The translations under genes were made by a program, and so were the position numbers. A stretch of DNA of 64,000 bases from an uncultured Acidobacteriota bacterium (GTDB taxonomy: Bacteria; Acidobacteriota; Vicinamibacteria; Vicinamibacterales; UBA2999). Positions 32,260 through 41,563 of the stretch are shown here, piece after piece. Under the pieces are notes generated by a model. It did no database searches, was not told the origin of the DNA, and was given only the letters and a program-made list of their open reading frames with translations. The stretch covers positions 595,896 through 659,895 of the forward strand of contig CAWDJL010000005.1 of NCBI GenBank assembly GCA_963802675.1, in the 5' to 3' direction. Within the stretch, counting starts at the first letter, position 1; each line of letters begins with the position of its first letter.

Positions 32260-33653
32260 ACCTCCACCTCGTTCTACTGATTGCCTACTCGGTCGGGATT
32301 GTGGCGTTCGGGCTCTGGACGGCGCGCCTCGTCCGTCACAGCAGCGACTTCTTTGTCGCTGGTCGTTCGTTGGGGCCCGGCCTCGTACTGGCGACAATGC
32401 TGGCCGCCAACATCGGCGCCGGCTCCACGGTTGGTGTCGCCGGACTCGCGTATCGCGACGGTATCAGCGCCTGGTGGTGGGTGGGTGCGGCGGGTTTGGG
32501 ATCGTTCGTCCTCGCGTTCTGGGTCGGGCCCGCCCTGTGGCGGCTCGCGAAGACACATGGTTTCTACACGACGGGTGACTTCATCGAGTCTCGCTACGGC
32601 CCCGTGGTGCGCGGTGTCACATCCCTTGTGACCTGCGTCGGCTCGCTCGCGATCCTGGCCGGCCAGATTATGGCGGGAGCCGCGATTCTCAACGTGGTGC
32701 TGGGTATTCCGCCGTGGATGGGCTCGCTCATCGGGGCGGCGATCATGACGATCTATTTCACGGCCGGGGGGTTACTGGGCACGGCGTGGGTCAACAGCGT
32801 GCAGCTCGTGATCATGCTGGTGGGCTTTCTGATCGCGTTGCCGGTCGCGCTTGGGTCGGTGGGCGGCATCGAGCGGCTGACAGACCCGCCGATGCCCGCG
32901 ACGTTTGGAGACTTCATGTACTCCGCCGGGCCGGGGTCGGGATGGACGCTGGTGTTCCTCACGTTTCCGGCGTTCGTCATTTCACCGGGGCTGATTCAGA
33001 AGTCGTTTGGCGCATCCAGCGCGCGCGCGTTGACAACCGGCGTCGCGTTGAACGCCATCGCGTTGCTGCTGTTTGCGTTCGTGCCCACGTTGTTCGGAAT
33101 GATCGGTCGCGAGACGTCTCCCGGCATCACCAATGCCAACCTTGTGCTGCCCACGGTGCTCCTCGAGCAGCTGCCGGCGTGGCTGGGCGCGCTGGCGCTG
33201 GCCGCAGTGTTTTCTACGGAAGTCGATACCTGCGACGCAGTGCTATTCATGGTATCGACGACATTGTCGAAGGACCTCTACCAGCGACACATCAACCCGA
33301 ACGCGGACGACCGTCAGCTCCTTCTCGTCGCCCGTGTGTCGGCCGTCATTGCGGGCACGGCCGGCGTGCTGCTGTCGATCTATCTCGAAACGGTCACGCA
33401 AGCGCTCCTGATCTTCTACGCGCTGCTGGGCGTGACGTTTTTCGTGCCCGTGCTGGCCGCGTTGCTTTCGCCGCGGGTGGCCGCCCCTGAGGCTCTGGGC
33501 GCGGTCATCGCCGGTATCGCCACGCTGCTGATTGTCGGTTTCGGCCTTCCGGGTCGGCCATCATGGCTCGACCCGTCGCTGTCCGGAATCGTCGCCGCCG
33601 CGGTGGTGTTTGCGGTGGTGATGACCGTCAGGAGATCCCTGTCGCATGCCTGA
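32256..33653 (+). CDS. sodium:solute symporter (SSS) family transporter
   Basis: 465 aa with ~13 TM segments. N-terminus DFFVAGRSLGPGLVLATMLAANIGAGSTVG. GTGA overlap with the upstream gene. Confidence 0.85.
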   Translation: MNLHLVLLIAYSVGIVAFGLWTARLVRHSSDFFVAGRSLGPGLVLATMLAANIGAGSTVGVAGLAYRDGISAWWWVGAAGLGSFVLAFWVGPALWRLAKTHGFYTTGDFIESRYGPVVRGVTSLVTCVGSLAILAGQIMAGAAILNVVLGIPPWMGSLIGAAIMTIYFTAGGLLGTAWVNSVQLVIMLVGFLIALPVALGSVGGIERLTDPPMPATFGDFMYSAGPGSGWTLVFLTFPAFVISPGLIQKSFGASSARALTTGVALNAIALLLFAFVPTLFGMIGRETSPGITNANLVLPTVLLEQLPAWLGALALAAVFSTEVDTCDAVLFMVSTTLSKDLYQRHINPNADDRQLLLVARVSAVIAGTAGVLLSIYLETVTQALLIFYALLGVTFFVPVLAALLSPRVAAPEALGAVIAGIATLLIVGFGLPGRPSWLDPSLSGIVAAAVVFAVVMTVRRSLSHA

Positions 33654-34524
33654 TCTGTTTCGATTGGATGGGAAGGTTGTCGTGGTCATCGGTGCAGGGT
33701 CGGGCATCGGGGAGGCGGTCGCATTGGGTGCCGCACGCCAGGGCGCTCGTGTCGAATGTCTCGACGTGAACGCGGAGGCGGCGCATGCTACCGCTCTGCA
33801 GATCCGAACCGCCGGAGGGCAGGCGAATGCGACCGTGCTCGACATCGTCGATGCCCAGAACACGAACGCGGCGCTGCAGCGCATCGCAGAGGAGCGAAGC
33901 CGACTCGATGGGCTGGTCTGTACGCCGAGCATCAACGTGCGCAAGAAGCTGCTCGACTATGCGGACGAGGAGTTCGATCGAGTCGTCCGCCTGAACCTCA
34001 AGGGATCCTTCAACGTGATGCGTGCGGCCGGCCGCGTCATGATGTCGCAGGGCTTCGGCAGCATCGTGGTGCTCTCGTCGATTCGCTCGCTGGTGGTCGA
34101 GCCTGGTCAGGCGATCTATTCGATGACGAAGGCGGGGATCGTGCAGTTGGTTCGAGGGGCGGCATGCGAGTTTGGGGTCGCAGGCGTCCGCGTGAATGCG
34201 CTGGCACCGGGGGTGATCGACACTCCGCTGACCGCACCCATCAAGGCGCAGCCGGACTGGTACCAGGCCTACGCCAACAAGAACATCTTCAAGCGCTGGG
34301 CTCGAGCCGACGAGATGGTGGGCCCGACGCTCTTCCTGATTTCTGATGCGGCGAGCTACGTGACCGGGACGATTCTCTATGCCGATGGAGGGTGGCTGGC
34401 TGTGGACGGACGGTTCACGCCGCCGGGATGTAGAGGATGTAGTAGTGATGGTGTCAGTTTTCAGTTGCCAGTTGCCAGTTCAAAGAAACGCCGAGCCATG
34501 TCGAGTCAGCTGGTTGCCCTTTGA
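33646..34524 (+). CDS. SDR-family oxidoreductase; the last ~30 codons read into a repeat element
   Basis: VVIGAGSGIGEA (TGxxxGIG type), LSSIRS and YSMTKAG (YxxxK), ending YADGGW. This is followed by an atypical tail CRGCSSDGVSFQLPVASSKKRRAMSSQLVAL. Confidence 0.88.
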   Translation: MPDLFRLDGKVVVVIGAGSGIGEAVALGAARQGARVECLDVNAEAAHATALQIRTAGGQANATVLDIVDAQNTNAALQRIAEERSRLDGLVCTPSINVRKKLLDYADEEFDRVVRLNLKGSFNVMRAAGRVMMSQGFGSIVVLSSIRSLVVEPGQAIYSMTKAGIVQLVRGAACEFGVAGVRVNALAPGVIDTPLTAPIKAQPDWYQAYANKNIFKRWARADEMVGPTLFLISDAASYVTGTILYADGGWLAVDGRFTPPGCRGCSSDGVSFQLPVASSKKRRAMSSQLVAL

Positions 34525-34551
34525 ACTGGTAACTGACAACTGGAAACTGAC
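34426..34551. repeat. GTAG-containing tandem word plus a 33-bp imperfect hairpin (CAGTTGCCAGTT / AACTGGTAACTG)
   Basis: ggatGTAGaggatGTAGtagtg. The arm at 34453-34485 matches 30/33 positions of the reverse complement of 34519-34551, and 2 of the 3 mismatches would be G-U pairs. Loop is 33 nt. Confidence 0.85.
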
Positions 34552-34555
34552 GTCA

Positions 34556-35893
34556 TCATTCTTTCTTCTTCTTCTCCTTGATCGCCCTCCATCCGTCGAG
34601 CCGTCGTTTGATCTCTTTCTCGAATCCCCGTTCGGTTGGCGTATAAAACTGACGCCCCTGCAGATTGTCCGGCAGGCACTCCATGTCGGCAACCGCATCA
34701 GCCTCCTCATGCGCATAGCGGTACCCTTTGCCGTAGTCGAGTTGTTTCATGAGCCTGGTGGGCGCATTCCGCAAATGGAGCGGCACCGGCTGGGCCACAT
34801 CATTCTGCGCGGCGTGCGCCGCGGCGCCGTAAGCGAGAAGCACGGCATTGCTCTTCGGCGCCGTTGCAAGGTAGATCGCAGCCTGCGCCAGGGCGGTATT
34901 GCCCTCGGGCATACCGATGAAGTGGACGGCGTCTTTCGCCGCCACGGCCACGCTCAACGCTTGAGGATCGGCGTTGCCGACGTCTTCCGAAGCAAAACGC
35001 ACCAGCCTTCGAGCGACATAGAGCGGATCCTCTCCTGCCTCGAGCATGCGCGCGAGCCAATACACCGCCGCATCAGGGTCCGAGTTACGCATCGACTTGT
35101 GCAGCGCTGAAATGATGTTGAAGTGCTCCTCACCGCCCTTGTCGTAGAGCAGCGCTTTCCTTTGGATGGTACGCTCGAGCAGCGGCAGATCGATCCGAGG
35201 GCGGCCTGCGGGTTGTGGGGCTGCCGCCACCGCCAGTTGCAGCAGGTTCAAGGCGACGCGTGCGTCGCCATTGGCATAGCGTGCCATCGCCTCTAAGGCT
35301 TCATCAGGCACCTCGGGCGATTCGCGCGCGAGACCACGGTCGTCGGCCAGGGCTCGCCGAAGAATCCTCACCACCGCATCGCTATCCAGCGGCTCGAGCA
35401 CGAACACCTTCGAACGCGAGAGCAACGCGGCGTTGACCTCGAACGAAGGATTCTCTGTCGTCGCTCCGATCAGGATGATGTCGCCGGCCTCGACGCGCGG
35501 CAGAAATGCGTCCTGCTGGGCCTTGTTGAAGCGGTGGATTTCGTCGATGAAGACGATCGTGCGGCGGCGCAGGCGCCGGCGGCGCTCCTGAGCAGCCGCC
35601 ATGACGTCCTTGACCTCTTTGATGCCCGAAAGAACGGCACTGAAGGCGAGGAAGTCGGCATCGGTCAGATCCGCGATGAGCCTCGCCAGCGTTGTCTTGC
35701 CCGTCCCTGGCGGCCCCCAGAAGATGATCGACTGCAGCAGGTCGCGCTCGATGGCTTCGCGCAACGGGCGCCCTGGCCCGATGAGCTCGTCCTGTCCTTC
35801 GACTTCGTCGAGCGAACGAGGGCGCATTCGCTCCGCCAGTGGTACGGTGCGGGGATCCGGAGGAAGCGACGGCTCGTCGAAGAGGGTGGCCAC
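34556..35893 (-). CDS. rarA: replication-associated recombination protein A (AAA+ ATPase MgsA/RarA)
   Basis: 445 aa with [30 protein letters not shown] and [10 protein letters not shown], plus a C-terminal MgsA domain. Confidence 0.93.
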   Translation of the reverse strand: MATLFDEPSLPPDPRTVPLAERMRPRSLDEVEGQDELIGPGRPLREAIERDLLQSIIFWGPPGTGKTTLARLIADLTDADFLAFSAVLSGIKEVKDVMAAAQERRRRLRRRTIVFIDEIHRFNKAQQDAFLPRVEAGDIILIGATTENPSFEVNAALLSRSKVFVLEPLDSDAVVRILRRALADDRGLARESPEVPDEALEAMARYANGDARVALNLLQLAVAAAPQPAGRPRIDLPLLERTIQRKALLYDKGGEEHFNIISALHKSMRNSDPDAAVYWLARMLEAGEDPLYVARRLVRFASEDVGNADPQALSVAVAAKDAVHFIGMPEGNTALAQAAIYLATAPKSNAVLLAYGAAAHAAQNDVAQPVPLHLRNAPTRLMKQLDYGKGYRYAHEEADAVADMECLPDNLQGRQFYTPTERGFEKEIKRRLDGWRAIKEKKKKE

Positions 35894-35905
35894 GTGCGTA
35901 ACAAC

Positions 35906-36694
35906 TCAAGACGCCGTGCGTTGGCGACGGGCTTCGTAGACCAACACGCCGGCGGCCACGGCGACGTTCAGCGACTCGACCGGAGGCTGCATGGGAATAG
36001 TGATGCGAGAATCGGCAGCGCGCAAGATCTGAGGATCGAGGCCGACTCCTTCTCCGCCAAGGAACAGCGCCGTTGGTCCGCGCAGGTCGACCTCCTGCAT
36101 CGGTCTCGCACCCCGGATCATCGTTGCCACCACACGGAGGCCGCGCTCACGAAGAGCCTGACAAACATGGGCGGCGTCGCGATCATAGTGGAGAGGCAAC
36201 CGAAACGTGCTCCCCATCGCCGCCCGCAATGCTTTCCAACTCCAGGGATCAGCCGTCATTCCGGCACAGATGGCGCCGGTGGCACCACCGGCTTCCGCGG
36301 ATCGAATCATCGCGCCGATATTGCCTGGATCCTGTATGTCGACCGCCGCGAGAACGAGCGGCTGCTCACCCGAGGTAGCGCCCTCGATATTCCAGGGACG
36401 GCGGCGTACGAGACTGACGATGCCCGTTGGCGTCTTCACGGGCGAGAGTGCGTTCATCACGTTGGCCGAGACGTTGACAACGTTCACGCCAGACCGCTCG
36501 AGCCGGGTAAGAAGCTCGGCGTCCGGCTCGCGATCCGGTTGCTCAGCGACAGCGATGAGCTCAATCCCGATTCCAGTCGCCGCCGCTTCGTGAAGCAGGT
36601 GCCAGCCGTCGATCACCGCGACGGAGGCGTCGTTGCGGGCCACTTCGCGAAAGCGGGCAACAAGCGGGTTGCGTCGACTGGTTATCGCGGACAC
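35906..36694 (-). CDS. TrmH/SpoU-family RNA 2'-O-methyltransferase
   Basis: 262 aa with DIQDPGNIGAMIRSAEAGGA, LGGEGVGL and ESLNVAVAAGVLVYE. Confidence 0.85.
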   Translation of the reverse strand: MSAITSRRNPLVARFREVARNDASVAVIDGWHLLHEAAATGIGIELIAVAEQPDREPDAELLTRLERSGVNVVNVSANVMNALSPVKTPTGIVSLVRRRPWNIEGATSGEQPLVLAAVDIQDPGNIGAMIRSAEAGGATGAICAGMTADPWSWKALRAAMGSTFRLPLHYDRDAAHVCQALRERGLRVVATMIRGARPMQEVDLRGPTALFLGGEGVGLDPQILRAADSRITIPMQPPVESLNVAVAAGVLVYEARRQRTAS

Positions 36695-36765
36695 GACTTA
36701 CAGCATGGCACGGCCGAGCCGAGAGGCGGCATTGATGGCTGTGGTACACTTTACTGTTTGGGACG

Positions 36766-37224
36766 ATGAAGGAAAGACTGCTCAAGCGGTTCGAGGAGGA
36801 AGTGGCAGCCCTGGAACGTGAGCTCAAGACCGAGCTGCCCAAGGAGATTCAGCGCGCCCGCGAGTTGGGCGATCTGCGCGAGAACGCCGAATACCAAGCG
36901 GCGAAGGAGCGTCAGACCTACGTCCAGGCGCGCCTCGCCATGCTCAAACGGCGGATGAACGAGATCGCCTTGATGAATATGGACCGGATTCCGAAGGACA
37001 GGGCGGGTTTCGGGTCGACCGTGACGCTGCGCGAGCAGAATCAGGAAATTGTCTACCAACTCGTGATGCCCGAGGACGCGGACGCGGAAAAGGGCCTGAT
37101 TTCGACCTCGTCGCCCATCGGCAAGGCCATTCTCAACAAGGAAGAGGGCGATGATGTCGTGGTCACAACGCCCCTCGGCACGCGCCGATTCGAGATCCTC
37201 AAGCTGGTCACCATTCACGAATAG
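36766..37224 (+). CDS. greA: transcription elongation factor GreA
   Basis: 152 aa with GDLRENAEYQAAKERQ and SSPIGKAILNKEEGD. Confidence 0.95.
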   Translation: MKERLLKRFEEEVAALERELKTELPKEIQRARELGDLRENAEYQAAKERQTYVQARLAMLKRRMNEIALMNMDRIPKDRAGFGSTVTLREQNQEIVYQLVMPEDADAEKGLISTSSPIGKAILNKEEGDDVVVTTPLGTRRFEILKLVTIHE

Positions 37225-37284
37225 CCGAGACGTGTCGCGTGCCCCGCACGCCGCTCGTCACCCAAGCGTGTCCCCCGAGAGGTC

Positions 37285-38700
37285 GTGAGCGAGCACTACT
37301 CACCTGAACGCCGCACCGCCCTCGTTTTGAGCGGTACGGGTGCGGATGGCGCCTATCACGCCGGTGTCTTGCGCGCTCTTGCCGAAGCCGGCGTCAAAGT
37401 CGATGTGGTGGCGGGCCGCGGCATTGGCGCCGTCGCGGCCACGTTTGTTGCGGTCGATGGGGCGAGCCGTCTGTGGGAGCCGAACGGTCTGTGGCGAACT
37501 CGCGGAGTTGCGCACCTGTACCGTTGGCGGTGGACGGTCAGATGGCTCATCGGGCTGCTGGCCGCACTGGGTGGCGTTCTCGCCAGTCCGCTGGTCTTTC
37601 TCGCCCTGGCCCTGGTTGCCTATCCACTCGGCCTCTTCTTCGGCATGGCGGGACTCGACCGAGGTGCGAGCGTCATGCAGCGCTATCTCGATCTTCTCGC
37701 GGGGGCGTTTGCCCCCGCGGCCCTGCCGACCTGGCTGCCCAGACTCATCGCACTCATCGTGATTGTGGGCGTGCTGGCCATTGCTCTCGGGAGCCTCATG
37801 GCCTGGCGACGCGCGCCCTTGAAGCGGCGCTCGCGCGGTCCGCTTGTCTGGGCGATGGTGGGCACGCCTCTTGACGGCTCGGCGGCGGCCCAGCACTTTA
37901 TTCACGGCCTCTGGGACCTGCTGCGAGGAGGCGCGCCGCTGAGGGTACCGGATGCCGAAGACCTGAGCCGGCGATTTATCGAGTTGCTCGCCGAAAATCT
38001 TGGCCAGCCCGGTTTCAGCGAGTTGCTGCTGGCTGTCCACGATCTCGATGCTCGACGTGACCTGGTCTTCGGACTGCTCCGGGAGCCGTATCGCCGAGCG
38101 CTGTTCCCGCCACCGGGCTCGGTCGGCGCGCGCCGGGCCGAAGCCTTCGACCTCAACGGCCTGGCGCGAGATCATCTGGTCGACGTCATGCGGGCATCGG
38201 TCAGCGTTCCGGGGTTGACCGAGCCGACGCTGGTGCGATTTGCCGCCGACTCGTTCTGGCGTGGCGAAGTGCACCGCCTGATCGATCGACCGGCAAGCCT
38301 GGCGAGACTGCTCGAAGAAGCGGCGGCCGCCGGCGCCGAACAGCTGATCCTCGTATCAGGGTCGCCCCAGCCTCCAGGCCCGCACGAGCTATCCCGTCCG
38401 CGTCTCGATCCGCTGGGGCGCATCAGCGATCACACGGGCGCGATGGATGCGGCCGTCGTACGCGATGCCTTACATCACGTGCAGCACCGCTTCCGAGCCG
38501 TCTATGCGATTCGACCTTCCTACAATCCGGTGGGCGCATTTGATTTGAACGGCGCTTACGACGACCGCTCCGATCGGCACCATCCGCTGTCGGAACTGAT
38601 GGAGCGGGGCTACGAGGACGCCTACCGCGATTTCATCGAGCCGGTCGTGGCGGCGTCGGGGGAACACTTGCGCGCGACGGCACCTGAAGAGAGCGTCTAA
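37285..38700 (+). CDS. patatin-like domain membrane protein with degenerate catalytic motifs
   Basis: ALVLSGTGADGAYHAGVLRALAEAGVKVDVVAGRGIGAV aligns to the patatin GGGxxG...GxSxG region, but the nucleophile position reads G-R-G-I-G. An inserted hydrophobic region spans aa ~85-185. Confidence 0.7.
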   Translation: MSEHYSPERRTALVLSGTGADGAYHAGVLRALAEAGVKVDVVAGRGIGAVAATFVAVDGASRLWEPNGLWRTRGVAHLYRWRWTVRWLIGLLAALGGVLASPLVFLALALVAYPLGLFFGMAGLDRGASVMQRYLDLLAGAFAPAALPTWLPRLIALIVIVGVLAIALGSLMAWRRAPLKRRSRGPLVWAMVGTPLDGSAAAQHFIHGLWDLLRGGAPLRVPDAEDLSRRFIELLAENLGQPGFSELLLAVHDLDARRDLVFGLLREPYRRALFPPPGSVGARRAEAFDLNGLARDHLVDVMRASVSVPGLTEPTLVRFAADSFWRGEVHRLIDRPASLARLLEEAAAAGAEQLILVSGSPQPPGPHELSRPRLDPLGRISDHTGAMDAAVVRDALHHVQHRFRAVYAIRPSYNPVGAFDLNGAYDDRSDRHHPLSELMERGYEDAYRDFIEPVVAASGEHLRATAPEESV

Positions 38701-38702
38701 GG

Positions 38703-38790
38703 CTCCAAAGTTCCAGGGTTCCAAAGTTCCAAGGTTCAGGGTTAGTGGTTCGAACCTCGGAACTCTGGAACCTTGGAACCTTGAAGTTCA
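38703..38790. repeat. inverted word array (GTTCCAAGG / CCTTGGAAC) centred on GGTTCGAACC
   Basis: ctccaaagttccagggttccaaagttccaaggttcagggttagtGGTTCGAACCtcggaactctggaaccttggaaccttgaagttc. Confidence 0.8.
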
Positions 38791-38804
38791 CTTATGCTGA
38801 GCGC

Positions 38805-39974
38805 ATGGGCACCCATACAGACCTCATTCATCGCGGCGAACGGAAGGCGTCGGGTGGTTCGACAGCGCTGACGACGCCGATCTATGAGACTGCCACGTTC
38901 GTCTTCGCCTCGGCGCGCGACGTCGAACGATATCAGGACGGCAGCCTGTCCGCATATCTCTACTCCCGCTACGAGAATCCCACGATTGTCGCGGTGGAAC
39001 AGAAGATGGCGGCGATTGATGGCGCCGAGGCCTCATTGGTCTTCAGCTCAGGAATGGCGGCAACCTCCACCGCCATGTTCTCGCTGCTCAAGGCCGGTGA
39101 CGAGGTCGTGTGCGCTTCGGCGATTTATGGCGGGACCTTTCATCTGATCGAGCACCTGATGACTCACTTTGGCGTCACGCGGCGTTTCGTGTCGCTCGAG
39201 CAGCTCGCCACCCCGGCGAGCGTCATCGGCCCTAAGACCAAGCTGGTGTGGTTCGAGTCACCGATCAACCCCACGCTTCGGTGCGTCGATATTCGAGCGG
39301 TCGCCCAGGCGTGTCGTGCGGCAGGAGTCCTGTCGGGCATCGACAATACCTTCGCCAGTCCAATCAATCAGCAGCCGCTGGCCTTGGGCATCGACCTGTC
39401 GATGCAGAGTGCAACGAAGTACCTGAATGGTCACTCCGACGTGACCGGCGGGGTGTTGTCGGGCAGCCAGGCGCTGCTGGCGCGGATCGCAAAAACTCGG
39501 CGCCTGCTGGGCGGCGTGATGGATCCGCAACCCGCGTATGCTCTCAATCGCGGGTTGAAGACGCTGCCGCTTCGCATTGCGCGGCACAACGACAATGCGA
39601 TCGCGGTGGCGCGGTTTCTCGATGGGCACGACAAGGTTGAACGCGTGTACTACCCGGGTCTCGCCTCACACCCGGATCACGCCATCGCGGCGCGCCAGAT
39701 GTCGGGCTTCGGCGGAATGGTTTGCGTGGATCTCAAAGGTGGACAGGCAGCCGCTTACCGTGCCTTCGATCGCCTCTCCGTCATCCAGCGTGCGGCAAGC
39801 CTCGGCGGGGTCGAGAGTTTGTGCAGCCTGCCAATTCTCACGTCTCAGTACGGCCTCGCCGACGAGGAATTGCAACGCGCGGGCGTGACCCGCGGGATGA
39901 TGCGGTTGTCGATTGGTTTGGAGGATCCGGAGGATTTGATCGCCGATCTCCGGCAGGCACTGGCTACTTCGTAA
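38805..39974 (+). CDS. PLP-dependent trans-sulfuration enzyme (cystathionine gamma-synthase / beta-lyase / methionine gamma-lyase family)
   Basis: MGTHTDLIHRGE..PIYETATFVF, YSRYENPT and SATKYLNGHSDV (PLP lysine). Confidence 0.88.
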   Translation: MGTHTDLIHRGERKASGGSTALTTPIYETATFVFASARDVERYQDGSLSAYLYSRYENPTIVAVEQKMAAIDGAEASLVFSSGMAATSTAMFSLLKAGDEVVCASAIYGGTFHLIEHLMTHFGVTRRFVSLEQLATPASVIGPKTKLVWFESPINPTLRCVDIRAVAQACRAAGVLSGIDNTFASPINQQPLALGIDLSMQSATKYLNGHSDVTGGVLSGSQALLARIAKTRRLLGGVMDPQPAYALNRGLKTLPLRIARHNDNAIAVARFLDGHDKVERVYYPGLASHPDHAIAARQMSGFGGMVCVDLKGGQAAAYRAFDRLSVIQRAASLGGVESLCSLPILTSQYGLADEELQRAGVTRGMMRLSIGLEDPEDLIADLRQALATS

Positions 39975-41388
39975 CCGGCTCTTTGGATTCCTTGGCGTCC
40001 TTCGCGTCTTTGGCGTGGCCGTCTTTGGCGTGGCCGTTCTTGTCGTATTCGTGGAGGAAGGCCAGTACCAATTCCAGCATCCGCTGATTGATGCGGCTGC
40101 CTTCATAGGTGCCGAACTTGCGTTGAAACGCTTCGAGCGGCACCACCGCCTTCGCCATGGTGCGATGGCCGCCTGCGCTTCCGATATCACTGAACCAGCG
40201 CCGCACGAAGTCGCCGGCGTTACGGGAGTAGCCAAGGTTGCGGACCGACACCACGAACGTGTCGTTGACCACGCCCGAGATGACGGACCACTGGACGTTT
40301 TCGAGTTGGAGGTAGAAGTCCGCGACGTAGGGCATGAAGTCTTCGCGTGACGGCTCGCCGAGAAAGGCACAGAACACATGCTCGAGCATGCGTCCTTGCT
40401 GCCAGGCCTTGATCACATAATCGAGTCGCTCGCCCGTGATTTCCGACCCTTCCATCTTGCGGATCATCGTGGCGTCCGACAGCGGATAGAGATAGGAAAA
40501 CGAGTCGAGGTCGGCGCGGTTGGCCTGCCGGTTGAAGAACAGCGTGTCGGACTTGATCGCGTAAAGCATCGCGGTCGCAGTGCGCTCGGAAATGTCGATG
40601 TCGACCGCGCGGAGGTGCTCGGTCAGAATGGTGCAGGTCGAGCCATACTCGGGCCGGATGTCCTTGAAGACCGCGTTGTAGCCGTGCTGCTCCGGGTGAT
40701 GGTCGATGACGAGGTCGACTTGCGGTAGAAGGCCGGGGAAGTAATGTGGCTGAACGTCCACCAGCGCGATGCGATCGAAGCTCTTGATCTGCTCGGCCGA
40801 CAGCACCTCGACCTGAAGGTCGAGTAGCTTCAGCATCCGCAGGTTCTCCGGTCGACTGACACCATACATGCAGCCGATGATGGCGGTTTGCCGCGTTCGC
40901 CGCAGCAGGTTGCGCAGCGCCAGGCCGCTGGCGATGGCGTCGGGGTCCGGATCGTTGTGCGTAAGGATGAGGACGCGATCGGCGTCAGAGAAATACCGCT
41001 GATACTGCTGGACCTTCTGTCTGGTCACCGAGCGTCCGAGCTCGACAATGAGGGGGGGGCCGGTGAGCTCGGCGAGTGTCAGGCTCGTGATTTCGGGAAA
41101 CTGGGGCCGGAGATCATCCGCACGCTGGGCGTCCTCCGGCCGCGTACCGAGCACCCAAATCAAGATGCCGCCAGCTGCGCGCACGGCCTGCAGCACCTTG
41201 CGGAGCGAGCGGCGGCCGTTATCTTCGATGATGACGCAGGTGCCAGGCGTGACGTCGGCGCGGACAAAGGTGTCGATACGTTTGGCGTCGCCGACGGTGA
41301 CGCCGAAACTGGCCTCGTCGAAGCGCCTCGCCAGGGCGGGGCTCTCGACCAAAACGTCGAGCTCGCAGCTGGGGGTCAGGACCTGCAT
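39964..41388 (-). CDS. DHH/DHHA1-family phosphoesterase (NrnA-like) with a ~140-aa N-terminal extension and a Lys-rich repeat tail
   Basis: LILTHNDPDPDAIASGLAL, VIDHHP and GGHRTMAKA. The ATG at 41388 gives MQVLTP. The 3' end overlaps the convergent gene by 11 nt. Confidence 0.8.
   Translation of the reverse strand: MQVLTPSCELDVLVESPALARRFDEASFGVTVGDAKRIDTFVRADVTPGTCVIIEDNGRRSLRKVLQAVRAAGGILIWVLGTRPEDAQRADDLRPQFPEITSLTLAELTGPPLIVELGRSVTRQKVQQYQRYFSDADRVLILTHNDPDPDAIASGLALRNLLRRTRQTAIIGCMYGVSRPENLRMLKLLDLQVEVLSAEQIKSFDRIALVDVQPHYFPGLLPQVDLVIDHHPEQHGYNAVFKDIRPEYGSTCTILTEHLRAVDIDISERTATAMLYAIKSDTLFFNRQANRADLDSFSYLYPLSDATMIRKMEGSEITGERLDYVIKAWQQGRMLEHVFCAFLGEPSREDFMPYVADFYLQLENVQWSVISGVVNDTFVVSVRNLGYSRNAGDFVRRWFSDIGSAGGHRTMAKAVVPLEAFQRKFGTYEGSRINQRMLELVLAFLHEYDKNGHAKDGHAKDAKDAKESKEPVTK
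40006..40035. repeat. perfect 15-nt tandem duplication within the coding 3' end of the DHH gene
   Basis: gtctttggcgtggcc x2, encoding GHAKD-GHAKD on the minus strand. Flanked by related ctttgg/cttggcg words from 39979. Confidence 0.85.
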
Positions 41389-41563
41389 CGAGCAGTCGAA
41401 CCACCAACTCCGTGTGACAGACCGCAAGGCACCTCATTCCGTGGTGCCCCAGCGCCCCGCCTCGGGGGTTTCCATAACGGACGACCTTTAATTATACGCC
41501 TGCCGGACGGTGGGGCAGGGGGGCGAATCGTCCGGCCATTGTGTTACTTTGCGGCGTACCAAG

